Positions 1 to 12,148 of a stretch of 64,000 nt of DNA are shown piece by piece. The DNA comes from Selaginella moellendorffii (Eukaryota > Plantae > Lycopodiophyta), in NCBI RefSeq assembly GCF_000143415.4, contig NW_003314265.1:1769637-1833636 (forward strand), written 5' to 3'. How positions within the stretch are numbered: position 1 is the first letter of the stretch; each line of letters begins with the position of its first letter. The translations under genes were made by a program, and so were the position numbers. The notes below the pieces were generated by a model, which saw only the letters and a list, made by a program, of their open reading frames with translations, had not been told where the DNA came from and searched no databases.

Positions 1-1095
1 CTACCTTCTCTTGATGAGGTTCGTGAGGCTTAAAAGATTGAGTTGTGGATTTGAAAGCTTTGAGATGGGTTTAAGAATTCTGCATCACTTGCTGATGACT
101 TGCCTTTTCGGCATTTACATTCTCAATATCACCTTGAAGACGGCCTTCTTTATTTTGTGAGGACGGATCTTGATGATCATTTACGGCTGGTGGTGCTTTC
201 TATATTTATTCCATGGTTTCTCCATGCCTACCATGATTCTCTTGTTCTAGGTGGGCATATGGGACATCGTCGTGTAACCGAGAAGTTGTGCAGATGTTTC
301 TATTAGCCAGAGATGCGACGTGATATTATCCGATATGTGCGTAGCTACGTTTGGTGCCAAGCTCGTAATACTCCCCCTCGTGCTGTGGAAGGACGATTGG
401 AGTCAATTACAGTTTCCCATCCATTTGAGTTTGTGGTGTTTGATTTTATGGGACCTTTTCCACAGTCAATTGTTGGTAATGTGTATGTTATTATTGCTTC
501 TAACTACTTAACTCATTAAGTGGAAGTTGGTGCTCTTGCTAGCGCCTCTGCAACTGTTGTTGGATACTTCCTCCTCAATTGATTGGTGTTCCAGCATTTT
601 TGTCTAGAGTGGATTTTTTCGGATAATGGTCCCATATTTATGGTTGAGGCATTTTATGTTTTGGTGTCTCGGTTGGGGATACACCACACTTTCACACCAC
701 GAGTGCTTGTCATCCACAATCAGACGGTCTGGTGGAACGGCTTGTTTGGACATTCAAAGGGATGATTGCGAAGTATGTGAACTTTTAGCATTCGGATTGG
801 GATGGTTATTTGCTGTCTTTTCGGTATGCATATGTCACAAGGGTGTAGAGTTCTGTTAGTGCTTCACTATATAAACTCCTATATGGTCATGATCCAATAT
901 TACCAACAGAGCTGGGTTTACTTTTGCGATTGCCACAAACTGCCGATGCTAGGTCGTGGGTCAATATTTAAGGAGTATTCTTCCATTTGTTCGAGCAAAG
1001 TCTATCAAACACTTAAGCTGCATACAAGTGGAACAACAACGGTGCTACAACTCTCATCATTGTTCACCTACAAAGTACAAAGTGGATGATTTGGT
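1..1095 (+). pseudogene. Decayed Ty3/gypsy integrase (host element, part 1)
   Basis: HHCC zinc-binding (HDS..GGH..C..C-like), core DFMGPFP, SDNG and HPQSDGLVER motifs, with stops and frameshifts; ends at KYKVDDL where LTR element 1 is inserted. Confidence 0.9.
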
Positions 1096-2561
1096 TGTGA
1101 GACACAAAATCTTGAGGCCCCAAAATGGAGCCAGAAGGGCGCCATGTGGTAGTGGCCGAAGCAAAAGCCAAACGAGCGTAACACATTTGGACTAAAAGCT
1201 TCCACTTGAAAGGTTGAAAGCGGGAGTGGAACTCCCAACAAAGTGCTCGAGGAATGAGCACAAAGTGAGCAATAAGTGAGGCTCTAAAAAGGGACCCAAA
1301 AGGACCAACACATGACACGTGGAAGCGTCCGAGATGGACCCGAGATGGAGTCCGAGATGGACCGAGACGGAGTCCGAGATGGAGTCCGAGATGGACCCGA
1401 GATGGAATCCAAGATGGAGTCCGAGAAGGACCCGAAATGGAGTCCGAGGTCGAGACTGTGCTCAGGACCGGGACCGAGACCGTGCCCGGGACTGGCACTG
1501 AGACCGCGGCCACACCCAAGATCGCGCATGAGGCCGAGGCCGAGGCCGAGTCCGAGTCCGAGTCCGAGTCTGAGTCTGAGAGGGTGAAAGTCCAAAGCAT
1601 TCATCTCCCAGACCTTGGGGGGTTTGGTGAGCTCCAAAAGTATAGTAGGGGGAGGACTGTAGTGGAGCCAGTTTGGTCAAGAAAGGCTAGTTTGGCCCAG
1701 GAAGGCTGTACCTAGTGTTGGGTGATGAGCTGCCCACTGGGAAGTCCAAGACTAAAGTGAACACGAACCGACAAACGGGGTAGCTTGGTGAAGTGTTCAA
1801 AAGCCGGCTTTAGTTCCCCGAGAGATCGACTGGCCGATGCTCCCAATCTAAGTGTGGGTGGCACTACCTACTTGGATACTTGGTGTGGCTCAATGGAACC
1901 TCACTCTAAGACCACGGCTATAGCACCCAAAGGTTGAAGGCAGGGAGAGTACCCATGAGGCTCGCGTAAGGCCATGGTGTTCCGAAATGTTGCCCCAAGG
2001 TCCCAGACTGTGAAAAGGAAGAGGAGCCGTCCTATAGTGTAGAGACCAAGGATATGGTCATGTGAGGAGGACTGTGGGACTTAGTGGTCGGGCCTGTGGG
2101 CCTTGATCTAGTGGCAGTGTTGGCGAACACGGTTATGGGCAAAAAAGGACTTGGTAGGGACTGGAAAAGGGATATTGGGGAAGGTTATTCCCTATGTCTA
2201 TGGGCATCTTAAGGATGCTAAGGAGTGGATTTGGGATGATCACTCATGGACGGATGGCCTAGTCTTTGAGAGACAGGACTGTGATGTAGGTGGTGTCAAA
2301 CCACTGATGTGACCAAGGTGAATGGGCATGGCCTTAGCATAATGGGCTGATATGTCGGTGGTACCTTGGGGTGTCAGTCATAGGATCGGACATGTGGAGC
2401 ACTTGGACCAAGTGCAAAGGTTGAGTGGCGGGGATGCCATTCTAGGGGCTAACAAGCCCAAGTTCAAAATAGGACTTATGGAAGTCGTAAGTGAGACTCC
2501 TCCATGTGGTCAGAAGTGTGGTTAAATGACTAAAGTAGAATGGAAAAATTAGTCTCTTACA
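1096..2561 (+). repeat. 5' LTR of element 1, containing 12-mer and 6-mer tandem arrays
   Basis: Direct repeat of 5908-7556; GAGATGGAGTCC, CCGAGA and CCGAGT arrays at about 1330-1580. Confidence 0.92.
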
Positions 2562-2564
2562 ACT

Positions 2565-2576
2565 TGGTATCGGAGC
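2565..2576 (+). other. Primer binding site (tRNA-Met type) of element 1
   Basis: TGGTATCGGAGC, 3 nt after the LTR end; one mismatch to canonical TGGTATCAGAGC. Confidence 0.85.
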
Positions 2577-5500
2577 TGTTCCTTAGTCCAACTCTTATTG
2601 GTACTCAAGTATATTACCATTGATGTTGGCATCGGAAGGTCCTAGGAGTGGGCATATCCTGGACGAGTAGCATGTCAAGAGGACATGACTTTCCACTCAA
2701 GTTCATGCGTGAACTTGGGCATGATGTGGTGGATAGAAAAGGACCAATGATGGAACGACTTCAGGATTTTAGGAATAATGCAAGGTTTTCCTCATTAAGT
2801 TGAGGATGTGATCTAGATGAACATTTGACTCAGAAAAATAGCTAATGTAGTTGTGGTAAATAATTATAGTTGGGATCACGGGGAAGATAGAGACTCCAAA
2901 ACAATAAAGGAGTCACAAGATTACCCTTATGAAGTTGAGGCTGGTGCTCATGAATTTGAGACCAAAATTAATAACTGTGGGAGGTCAAATGCGGATGAGG
3001 ACATAAGTCCTTGGAATGGTTGCCGGGCTACCTTGAATAAATGCTGGAACAACCTCAGGAGTTAGGGGTGTGCTTAGAGGATGAATCGATATTCTCATCA
3101 CATGGATAAGTGGTCATAAGGGGCAAGAGGTTGCCCCAAGAGAACAAATCAAGTGTCAGAGTAACACTTGCAAAGATGGTCCTTGTGAGTAGGACCTTAA
3201 TAAATTAAGTGGTATTCTAGTGGGCTGGCACCTCAAAGGTAGGACCTCACGGGTTGTCGGATGACAAAGTCCAAAAAGCTGGATGACTCAAATAGAGTCA
3301 AGGAATAATCCTAAAGGATTGATGGAAGCATTTGGACTGAGGTGTGTTATACCCCTCGAAGGATGGGGAGGATCGTAAGATCAAAGTATAAGAACAATGG
3401 GAATCTTATGGGTGGCAAAATATGCTATGCTAAAGTCATGGGAAAGAGTTTCCCAGAAGAAAACAACTTTGATACAAAGTTATGCATAAACTCTATGGTG
3501 TAGTGCTAATGGATAGTTGGCATAAGAGACCATTGTATTGGTCTTGGCAAAGACCTAGACACAAGTAAGAAGTGTCATAGAAGTAGACTCGTAGAGCCAA
3601 TAGTATGAAGACACCAAATGGGCCAAGGTGTGATACCTTGAGGTTATGTTAATGGGTTCATGAAAACCCCTTGCCAAGGGAATCCCAATGAAAATAAAAA
3701 TGGCATAGCCTAAGTTGGAAAGCATGTGGTAGAGTGTGGTGACCCGGATAATGATAGAGGTGTGGAATCAAGAGGGTGCTCGAGGATGTTACTACTAGCA
3801 ACCGTGATGCCATGGAGAGTCTAAAATGTGGAATTATCCATGTTATACCATATGGTGAGTAGGGAGTTTGCAAAAGAAAAGCCTTAGCAAGCTAAGGAAC
3901 AAAGTTCCTTCAAGGTAGATAAGTACCTAAAAAAGCCAAGTGTAAATGGTTCCTAGAGCACGCGAAATCAGAGTGGCGCAGCAGAAGTGTAGTCTTAAAG
4001 CTGGCCATGAGGCGAGGCTATCAAGGTTGGGGAAGTAGTTCTTGAGTGTTTAAAGAGAGGGCTTTAAACAAAAGTCGATGGTTAAGAACTTTCATGCTTA
4101 TACATGAACTATGTTACGGTGGCCGGATGACTTGCTAAGTGAAACTGGCAAGTCAAGGGAACAAATCCTCTAGTTGAAGGTGCTAACTTCAAAAGGGGTG
4201 GCCCATGGGGCTAAGCATAGAGGAGTCCATACATGATCATAGATTTGTCAAGTGAGAAGACTTGGCTGTGCGGAGGAATTAGGTTCCTAAGCTGTGATCT
4301 ATAGTGCGCTTTAAATATAAGTTGGTGCACTGGCGTGGGGAGTCATGCCAAGCATCCTATGCGATGCCATCCATATATGCATATGCGGAGGTTGGGTTCG
4401 AGTCCCGACCCTCTAGTGCTTAGGTTCGAGTCCTAAATCACTAGGGCATGGTGATGGTTTGGAATATGAGGACACTCATTTTTCGGTGGTCATGGACTCT
4501 CAATGAGGAGACTAGTTTGGGCACACCGCCAAGTGAGGGATGCCTCGGAGTCGTGATGCACAGTTAGATTGTTTAGTGTGGCTCAGCATATCTAACTTGA
4601 ACACTTAGTGCGAGTGGCACCAAGAACGTAGTGAATGAGATGGGGACACCCAGTCTCAGTTGCTATGGACCCTTGGCCGAAAGGGCTGGCTTGGGTGCAC
4701 CGCCAAGTGTGGGGGATGCCCCTGGGGTCATGATCAACAACTTAAAAGTATAAAAGACTTAGTACCTATTGGCAAACTTGTTAAGGTGCCAAGGTTAGAT
4801 CACTAGGTGGTCTTATAGCTAAACCAAGGACAAAGTCTTTGTGAGGTTAAGGGATAAAGTTCCTAATTCAAAAGTGTTAATTTGAACTATTGATGATGAT
4901 GTGGCTTGGTCAAGGTGATCAAGTGGGAAGAACACTTGGAAGTGAGCTATGTCAATGCGATGGCATAGTAAGTCCAAGGAAAGTAGTTTCTATAAGAGAT
5001 CCAAGGGAGGGTCTTAAAAGTTGGGCCGTGGATAGAGCCCACAGCAAAAAATGTTAAAGAGACGTACTAGGAGTGAACACCCTTTGGACTTGGCAAAGCA
5101 AAGTGTTTGCTATGGAACCGAAAGGAAACCTTGAAAATGGAGGTAGTGATTATATGTTGCTGGGTGCAACAATCAAAGATAGGAACAAAAGACTAGTGGC
5201 TAAGAAAAGAGCCATGGGAATCATAGGAAAGAATCCAAATGGCAAAGTTAGGCCAAAAACACTAATGTGTTGGATGCTAACGGATTGTGGGAAAGGCAAT
5301 GTTCCACCAAGGATGGATTCCCAACCGCTCCAATTTAGCAAAAGTGGATGCTTCAAAGGGGAGAGCAGTGAGGTAGCCAAATGATAGGGCCATGGACAAC
5401 CCTAGCACAAAGTATGATAACTGAAACTTAGTGCCTAAGGTGGCACGAAATAGAAGAAAGGATAATGGTGCCCTCAAGTAGAGAACTTCTTAAGATGGGG

Positions 5501-5893
5501 AAGTGGAATTGCACAATATGTGCAATGCAAGGTGTTGGAAACACTTAGGAAAATGAATTCAAGAAGTCAAAAAGTAAAAGTTCCAAAGTGCAAACGTTCA
5601 ATCGATGGAAATTAAGATTACTCAAGAAGGAGTAGTGGGATTGAGATATAGATAGTGTCTCTAAAAAGTTTAGCGAGAACTAAACCAATAAAAGGAGAGA
5701 ACCACTATAAGTGGTCCAATCAGTCTCTAAGTTGGAGAGACTACCCTCCTTAGAGGATGGGTAAGGCATGGTGAGCCTTCAGTATCAAACCATTGACGAA
5801 TATTGGCAAGGTGTCAAGAATGGAAAGGGTAATACATGTTGGTATTACTTTATAAAATAGTTTACTATTCGATGAGGACATCAAACTTTGTCT

Positions 5894-5907
5894 ATGGGTG
5901 GTGGAGT
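5894..5907 (+). other. Polypurine tract of element 1
   Basis: ATGGGTGGTGGAGT directly before the 3' LTR. Confidence 0.7.
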
Positions 5908-7556
5908 TGTGAGACACAAAATCCCTAGGCCCCAAAATGGAGCCGGAAGGGCGCCACGTGGTAGTGGCTAAAGCAAAAGCCAAACAAGCGTAACACATTT
6001 GGACTTAAAGCTCCGACTTGAAAGGTCGAAAGCAGGAGTGGAACTCCCAACAAAGTGCTCGAGGAATGAGCACGAAGTGAGCAATAAGTGATGCTCTAAA
6101 AAGGGACCCAAAAGGACCAACACATGACACGTGGAAGTGTCCGAGATGGACCTGAGATGGAGTCCAACATGGAGTCCGAGATGGACCGAGACAGAGTCCG
6201 AGATGGAGTCCGAAATAGAGTCTGAGATGGACCGAGACAGAGTCCGAGATGGAGTCTGAGATGGACCGAGATGGAGTCCAAGATGGAGTCCAAGATGGAC
6301 CCGAGATGGAGTCCAAGATGGACCCAAGATGGAGTCTGAGGTCGAGACCAAGACCGGGACCGAGACCAAGACTGGGACCGGGACCGGGACCAAGACCGAG
6401 ACCAAGACTAAGATCGAGATCGGGACCGAAACCGAGACCGCGGCCGAGGCCGAGATCGAGCCCAAGCCCAAGCCCGATTCTGAGTCAAAGTCCGAGTCCG
6501 AGTCCGAGTCCGAGTCCGAGTCCGAGTTTGAGTCCGAGTCCAAGTCTAAGTCTAAGAGGGTGAAAGCCCAAAGCGTTCGTCTCCCAAACCCTGGGGGGTT
6601 TGGTGAGCTCCAAAAGTATAGTAGGGGGAGGACTGCAGTGGAGCCAATTTGGCCAAGAAAGGCCAATTTGGCCCAGGAAAGCTGTACCCAGTGTTGGGTG
6701 ATGAGCTGCCCATTGGGAAGTCCAAGACTAAAGTGAACACGGACCGACAAACAGGGTAGCTTAATGAAGTGTTCAAGAGCCGGCTTTAGTTCCCCCGGGA
6801 GATCGACTAGCCAATGCTCCCAGTCCAAGTGTGGGTGGCACTACCTACTTGGATACCTGGTGTGGCTCAACGGAACCTCGCTCTAAGCCCATGGCTAGAG
6901 CACCCAAAGGCGGAAGGCGGGGAGAGTACCCACGAGGCTTGTGTAAGGCCACGGTGTTCCGAAATGTTGCCCCAAGGTCCCAGATTGTGAAAAGGAAGAG
7001 GAGCCGTCTTATAGTGTAGAGACCAAGGATACGGTCATGTGAGGAGGAAGTCCTAGAGGACTGTGGGACTTAGTGGTTGGGCCTATGGGCCTTGATCCAG
7101 TGGCAGTGTTGGCGAACATGGCCATGGGCGAAAAGGGACTTGGTAGGGATCAGAAAGGGGATATTGGGAAAGATTATTCCTTATGTCTATAGGCATCTTA
7201 AGGATGCTAAAGAGTGGATTTGGGATGATCACTCATGGACGGATGGCCTAGTCTTTGAGAGACAGGATTGTGATGTAGGTGGTGTCAAACCACTGATGTG
7301 ACCAAGGTGAATGGGCATGGCCTTAGCATAATGGGCCGATATGTCGGTGGTACCTTGGGATGTCAGTCATGGGATCGGACATGTGGAGCACTTGGACCAA
7401 GTGCAAAGGTTGAGTGGCAGGGATGCTATTCTCGGGGCTAATAAGCCCAAGTCCAAAATTATTTTAGGACTTATGGAGGTCATAAGTGAGACTCCTTCAT
7501 GTGGTTAGAAGTGTGGTTAAGTGACTAAAGTAGAATGGAAAAATTAGTCTCTTACA
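5908..7556 (+). repeat. 3' LTR of element 1
   Basis: Direct repeat of 1096-2561 with expanded tandem arrays at about 6140-6555. Confidence 0.92.
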
Positions 7557-7590
7557 TTGGTGTTAGTCCGTTTTCTCCATCTTACAGTAT
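7557..7590 (+). pseudogene. Host gypsy integrase, part 2 (34 bp between the two insertions, including TSDs)
   Basis: Reads LVLVRFLHLTV in frame with parts 1 and 3 once the TSD duplications are removed. Confidence 0.85.
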
Positions 7591-7951
7591 TATCAAGACC
7601 CCCAACAAGATCAAGACTGGAAAATGCTAAAGACAAAGAGAAAAAGCTAGTGAAAACAAAGAAGAGGCCTTAGACTGGTGTTGATTCAGATTGTGAAGAA
7701 ATGGAACAAGGCTAACCTATATATACTATAGGTTGATGAAGCTCCACCACTCTTGGATCGAGGACGGCCTAAATATAGCTGAGGTCGACGAGGCGCCACA
7801 CCAATATCAGGAATGTGGCTCGAGACTCAAGAATCGGGAAGTGTCTTGAGAGTCAGGAATAGGGAAGTGTCTCGAGAATCAAGAATGTGGTCTGCAGGTC
7901 AGGAATCCGGCGAGAGTCAGGAATGTGGCAAGAATTGGGGGATTCCTGACA
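7591..7951 (-). repeat. 3' LTR of element 2
   Basis: Near-identical to 12149-12553; the left terminal TG is mutated to TA. Confidence 0.93.
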
Positions 7952-7962
7952 GCACCCCCTTC

Positions 7963-9735
7963 TCAAGAACGAGTGGAACGAGAATGTGAATGAGAACGAC
8001 GAGGAGGATGAGATGAGCGGCGAGGGATGGGAGATGGAGAAAAAGAATGAGGACTGGGATGACTAGGATAGTGGCGGTGGAAGTCCTGAACAAGGTCAGG
8101 AGAATGAATCAGGTTGTTCGCAGGTTCCCAAGTGCGTTCTTCAGGCCCATAACCCTTCCAGTCAACCAAATAGTAGAGTTTAGACCGTGAAATCTTGGAA
8201 TCAAGGATGTCCTGAACCTCGTACTCAGACCCATCCTCGAGCTGCACTGGTGGAGGTGAAGGAATGACCCGATTGGGAATAGGACTGGGAATATAAGGCT
8301 CAAGGAGAGAGGAATGAAAAACAGGGTGAATTTGATATGAGAAGGGAAGTGCAAGGCGATAAGTGACAAGATTAATGATGGCAGTGATAGGGAAAGGACC
8401 GAGGCGTTTGTAATCAAGTTTTGGACAGGGCCTGGTGGTGGAGATATTTCGCCTGAGGAGCCAAACTTTATCCCCGATATTGTAAGGGGGACAATCCTGA
8501 CGATGGACATTGGCAAATGTTTTGTGAGATTCCTGAGCACGATAGAGGTGGAAGGAGATGGAGTTGTGGATTTCTTGGAGGTTGGAGACAAATGCCTCAG
8601 AGCGGGGATTTGAATGAGAGGATTCGGATGGAGAAGGAAGTGAGAGATTGAATCGAGGATTTCGGCCAGAGTTTGCAAAGAAGGGAGAAATTCGAAGAGA
8701 GGAGTGAATAGAGTTGTTATAGGAGAACTCAGCAAGGGGAAGGATATCGAACCAATTATCCTGATGATAGTTGATGAAGCACCTCAAGAATTGTTCCAAC
8801 GTCTGAATCGTTCGCTCGGACTGCCCATCAGTTTGAGGATGATACGCCGAAGAGAGGTTGGCCTTCACTCCAAGCAGTTGCAAAAACCGTTGCCAGAAAT
8901 GAGAGATGAACTGAGGCCCCCGATCCGAAACCACATCTGTAGGAATCCCATGAAGTCGGAAAATTTCCCTGAATACCAGTTTTGCCATGTCCTCGCCCGA
9001 AAATTCCTTGGCACATGGCAAGAAGTGTGCCATCTTTGTGAAGCGATCCACCACGACTAAAATGTTGTTGAAGCCTCCAGAACTCGGAAGATCACTCAAG
9101 AAATCCATGGAGATGGATTCCCAAGGACCTGAAGGGACCGGAAGGGAACAAAGCAAACCTGAACGAAGGTGGCGAGGTACCTTATTCCGGGCGTAAGTGT
9201 CATAGGAGGTAACAAAAGCTTTGATGTAGTCGTCCATGTGAGGCCACCAAAAGTCCCGTGCAACTAGCTCATAGGTTTTCGCAATGCCAAAGTGACCAGC
9301 AGTTGGGCTATCGTGGCACGCCATTAGGACCAACCTTCGAGCATCACCTTCAGGAACGTAAAGCTGCTCCCCNNNNNNNNNNNNNNNNNNNNNNNNNNNN
9401 NNNNNNNNNNNNNNNNNNNNNNNNNNNNNNNNNNNNNNNNNNNNNNNNNNNNNNNNNNNNNNNNNNNNNNNNAGCCTGAAGATGGGGGAAATGTCGCTGG
9501 TGAGATCATCGGATTGAAGATCGTTTCTGATGGCATCCATCAAGGAGGAGTCCTGAGGGGCCAGGGAAATTGCCATAACTTGAAGCCGATCAGGACCGAG
9601 GATAATTTGATCCTGTTGATCGAAGGCAGGATTACCAGGCCTGAGACTGAGATAGGAGCGCCTTGAAAGAGCATTAGGAAGGCCTTGAAGCTTTCCAGGT
9701 CTGTACTTGATAACAAAGTCAAACTGACTCAGGAA
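7963..9735 (-). pseudogene. pol: RNase H C-terminus, integrase and chromodomain
   Basis: [16 protein letters not shown]; HDSPTAGHFG; ISMDF; SDRGPQF; YHPQTDGQSER; GPF module; chromodomain EYEVQDILD..YLVDWKGY..TWEP; N gap at 9373-9472. Confidence 0.93.
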
Positions 9736-11107
9736 TTATGCGTACATGTTCGTCGTGCTCCTCCTGAGTTCTTGAGTAGATGAGGATGTCATCGAGGTAG
9801 ACGATCACCATCTGATCAAGAAACTCCCGAAAGACGTCGTTCGCCATGTGTTGGAAAACTGCTGGAGCATTTGTCAAGCCAAATGGCATGACAATGTACT
9901 CGAAGTGGCCATAGCGGGTTCGGAACGCAGTCTTCCATTCATCACCAGGCCGGATCCGGATCAGGTTGTATGCGCCACGGAGGTCAATCTTGGTGAAGAA
10001 GTGGGCACCGCCAAGGCGTTCCAACAGGTCCGAGATCAGGGGCAGCAGATAACGGTTCCGAACAATCACCTTGTTCAAACCTCGGTAATCGATGACTAGC
10101 CGCGAACTCCCATCCTTCTTCTTGACAAAGAAGACAGGCGCTCTAGCCGGGGACTGCGAATGCTGAATAAACCCTGAGGCAAGGTTCTCATCCACGTACT
10201 CTTTGAGGGCCTTAAGCTCGAACGGGGATAACCCGTAGATAGGCCCCCACGGAGGCGACGCTCCTTCCTGTAAATCAATGGGACAGTCATAAGGCCGATG
10301 AGCAGGCAGTACACTAGCTTTTTTCTTGTCAAACACATCCCCAAAATCATGATACTTCTTAGGAAGACTGACAAGAAAAACATGCAAAGCAAAAAGGAAA
10401 ACAGGTTCTTCATGAAGGAGTTCTTGCATAGTGATTGTGGAGATAGGAGGAGGTGTATGACTAAATGGAATGATGAGACGAGGATACTATCCAGTGTAAG
10501 ATGGAAGAGAGGAAAAAGAAGAGGGTGAAAACTTCGTAGAGTCAGGAACAGAACCCTGATTTGAGTTTAGGGAACTTTTCCTGATTCGGACTCGATGAAC
10601 AGCAGGGGAAGCCGTGGGAGATAGTGATGTGGGAGAGATGAGCTGTAAGTCCTTCCAACAAATCTGAGGCTGATGTAGTTGGAACCAAGGAAGACTGAGC
10701 ACCACAGAGGAGGACTTGTTGTTGATGATGTTGAAGGCGATATCGGTGACGGTGGACCCAATGTGTACTCGAACGGGCAACGTTTCCCTAAGTCTAGAAG
10801 ATGGAGACACAAAATGCCCGCCGATGCCTTCAACCCTCAGATCCCGTATGGTAGGAGAAAGAGGAACGTGATGTCGGGCAACAAAGTCCGTGTCCATGAA
10901 GCAGGAAGTTGCACCCGAGTCCAGTAGCGCCAAAGCCTTGAGTCCTGATTGTCCGGTGAAAGAAAGGAGACATGGGACGCGGAAGTTGCGGGAATTGGTG
11001 GTGGCTTTGATGAAAGGTGGTAAGGAGCTTGATTAGGAAGAAAAGTGATTTTTATTCAGGGAGTCCAAACAGACAGCTCCTACTCTGTTTGGACAGGGTC
11101 GTTTCCC
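9736..11107 (-). pseudogene. pol: aspartic protease and truncated reverse transcriptase
   Basis: LLDSGAT; IDYRGLN; KIDLRGAY; MPFGLTNAP; YLDD; in-frame TAA at 11033-11035; RT stops abruptly after EHVRI. Confidence 0.92.
11023..11107 (-). promoter_or_regulatory. -1 ribosomal frameshift signal (G GGA AAC plus stem-loop/pseudoknot)
   Basis: Heptamer 11107-11101 in gag frame; 6-nt spacer; 11-bp stem 11094-11084 with 11073-11063; loop AGGAGCT is complementary to 11029-11023; the -1 frame is the protease frame. Confidence 0.85.
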
Positions 11108-12057
11108 GACTGCAACAGAGGTGGACTTTGAGGCAAAGTGAACTCGAGCAATTAGGGAGGCTTCTTGGGACACACAGCTGCTTTGTGATTAGGATCAGCA
11201 CAGTAGAGGCAAAGATTATGAGATATTCAACGTTGCTTCTCAGCAGGACTCAACTTCCCTCTAATGAGTCGGGGAGTACCAGAAATATCCATCGGGACCG
11301 GAGCAGTAGGTTCAGGACTATGCCCCGAAGACTCAAGCTGGGATTCCTGAGTCTGGGACGGAAAAACAGCGGCGCGGCGACTTTCCTGACGACGTTCAAA
11401 GAGACCATTGTCACATCGAACAGCTTTGTTGATGGCATCCGACAGGTCCTTGGGATCCTCCATGGTGAGCAACAAATCCTTGACACCGTTGTTGAGGCCG
11501 AAACGAAATTGGTCAATCAAGGCCCGCTCATCCCACTGAGTGTCCAAGGCAAGGAGTTGGAACTCTGCAGCGTAGATCGAAGCAGGACGAGACCCCTGAG
11601 AGAGACGTCTCATCTTTGTGGTAGCAGCCCGAACCCGATCCGTCTCACCAAAACATGCTTTGAGCTTCTCTTTGAACAATTGAAGATCCATCAGCTCCGA
11701 AACCACGACCCCTTTCATGCTCTTCTCCAGAAGAGGAGAAAACCATGACAAAGCTGCACCCTCGAGCAACGTCCCAATCGCGCTGATTTGAGACTCGGGA
11801 GTGGGGTACCGCCGATGTTGAAGTGCAAAGATCAGCTCCATTTGGTTCAAAAATCCACGAAGCTCCGAACGCTTGCCTGAAAATTTTGCCGGGAAACTCA
11901 CCTTCGGTTCAGGAACTTTGCTGGATCCTTGAACCGAAAGTGAAGCAAGCTCCTGTTGCATGCGAAGAAGGGTCACCTTCAGCTCGGTATTCTCAGACTG
12001 GATTTTTGCAAGGACTTCGGCAAAGAAATCAGGATGGCTTGGAGACTCCATTGGCAA
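11080..12057 (-). pseudogene. gag of element 2 with CCHC zinc knuckle
   Basis: EPKVSFPAKFSGKRSELRGFLNQM..PMDI; premature TGA at 11227-11229 followed in frame by CLYCADPNHKAAVCP; natural TAG at 11080-11082. Confidence 0.9.
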
Positions 12058-12131
12058 GAAGAAAGAAAAGAAAGGGGGAAAAAGACAAAGGCAATCAAAG
12101 AATCAAAGCGAGCTAAAAGAAAAGCAAAAAA

Positions 12132-12146
12132 CACAATCTGAATCAA
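12132..12146 (-). other. Non-tRNA primer binding site complementary to the element's own LTR (self-priming)
   Basis: Minus-strand TTGATTCAGATTGTG, 2 nt inside the LTR edge, is the exact complement of LTR 12253-12239. Confidence 0.8.
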
Positions 12147-12148
12147 AC

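Larger units (their letters stand above)
1096..7556 (+). mobile_element. LTR retrotransposon 1, non-autonomous/degenerate
   Basis: TGT...ACA termini; direct LTRs 1096-2561 and 5908-7556; TSD TTGGT at 1091-1095 and 7557-7561; tRNA-Met PBS; PPT; no intact internal ORF. Confidence 0.93.

Noticed and set aside
1330-1580. Possible CRISPR-like array
   Set aside because: Contiguous tandem units with no unique spacers, in a eukaryotic LTR.
1064-1715. Overlapping Ser/Glu/Pro-rich ORFs in the first LTR
   Set aside because: Products of stop-free 6-mer and 12-mer tandem repeats, not genes.
4390-4445. tRNA gene
   Set aside because: Only T-arm-like hairpins; no acceptor stem, D arm or anticodon arm.
5968-6828. 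286-aa ORF and overlapping ORFs in the second LTR
   Set aside because: Same repeat artefact; not preserved in the other LTR.
11227-11229. Programmed stop-codon readthrough in gag
   Set aside because: More simply a CGA-to-TGA lesion before the zinc knuckle in a copy with other lesions.
11017-11748. 243-aa plus-strand ORF
   Set aside because: Antisense shadow of gag.
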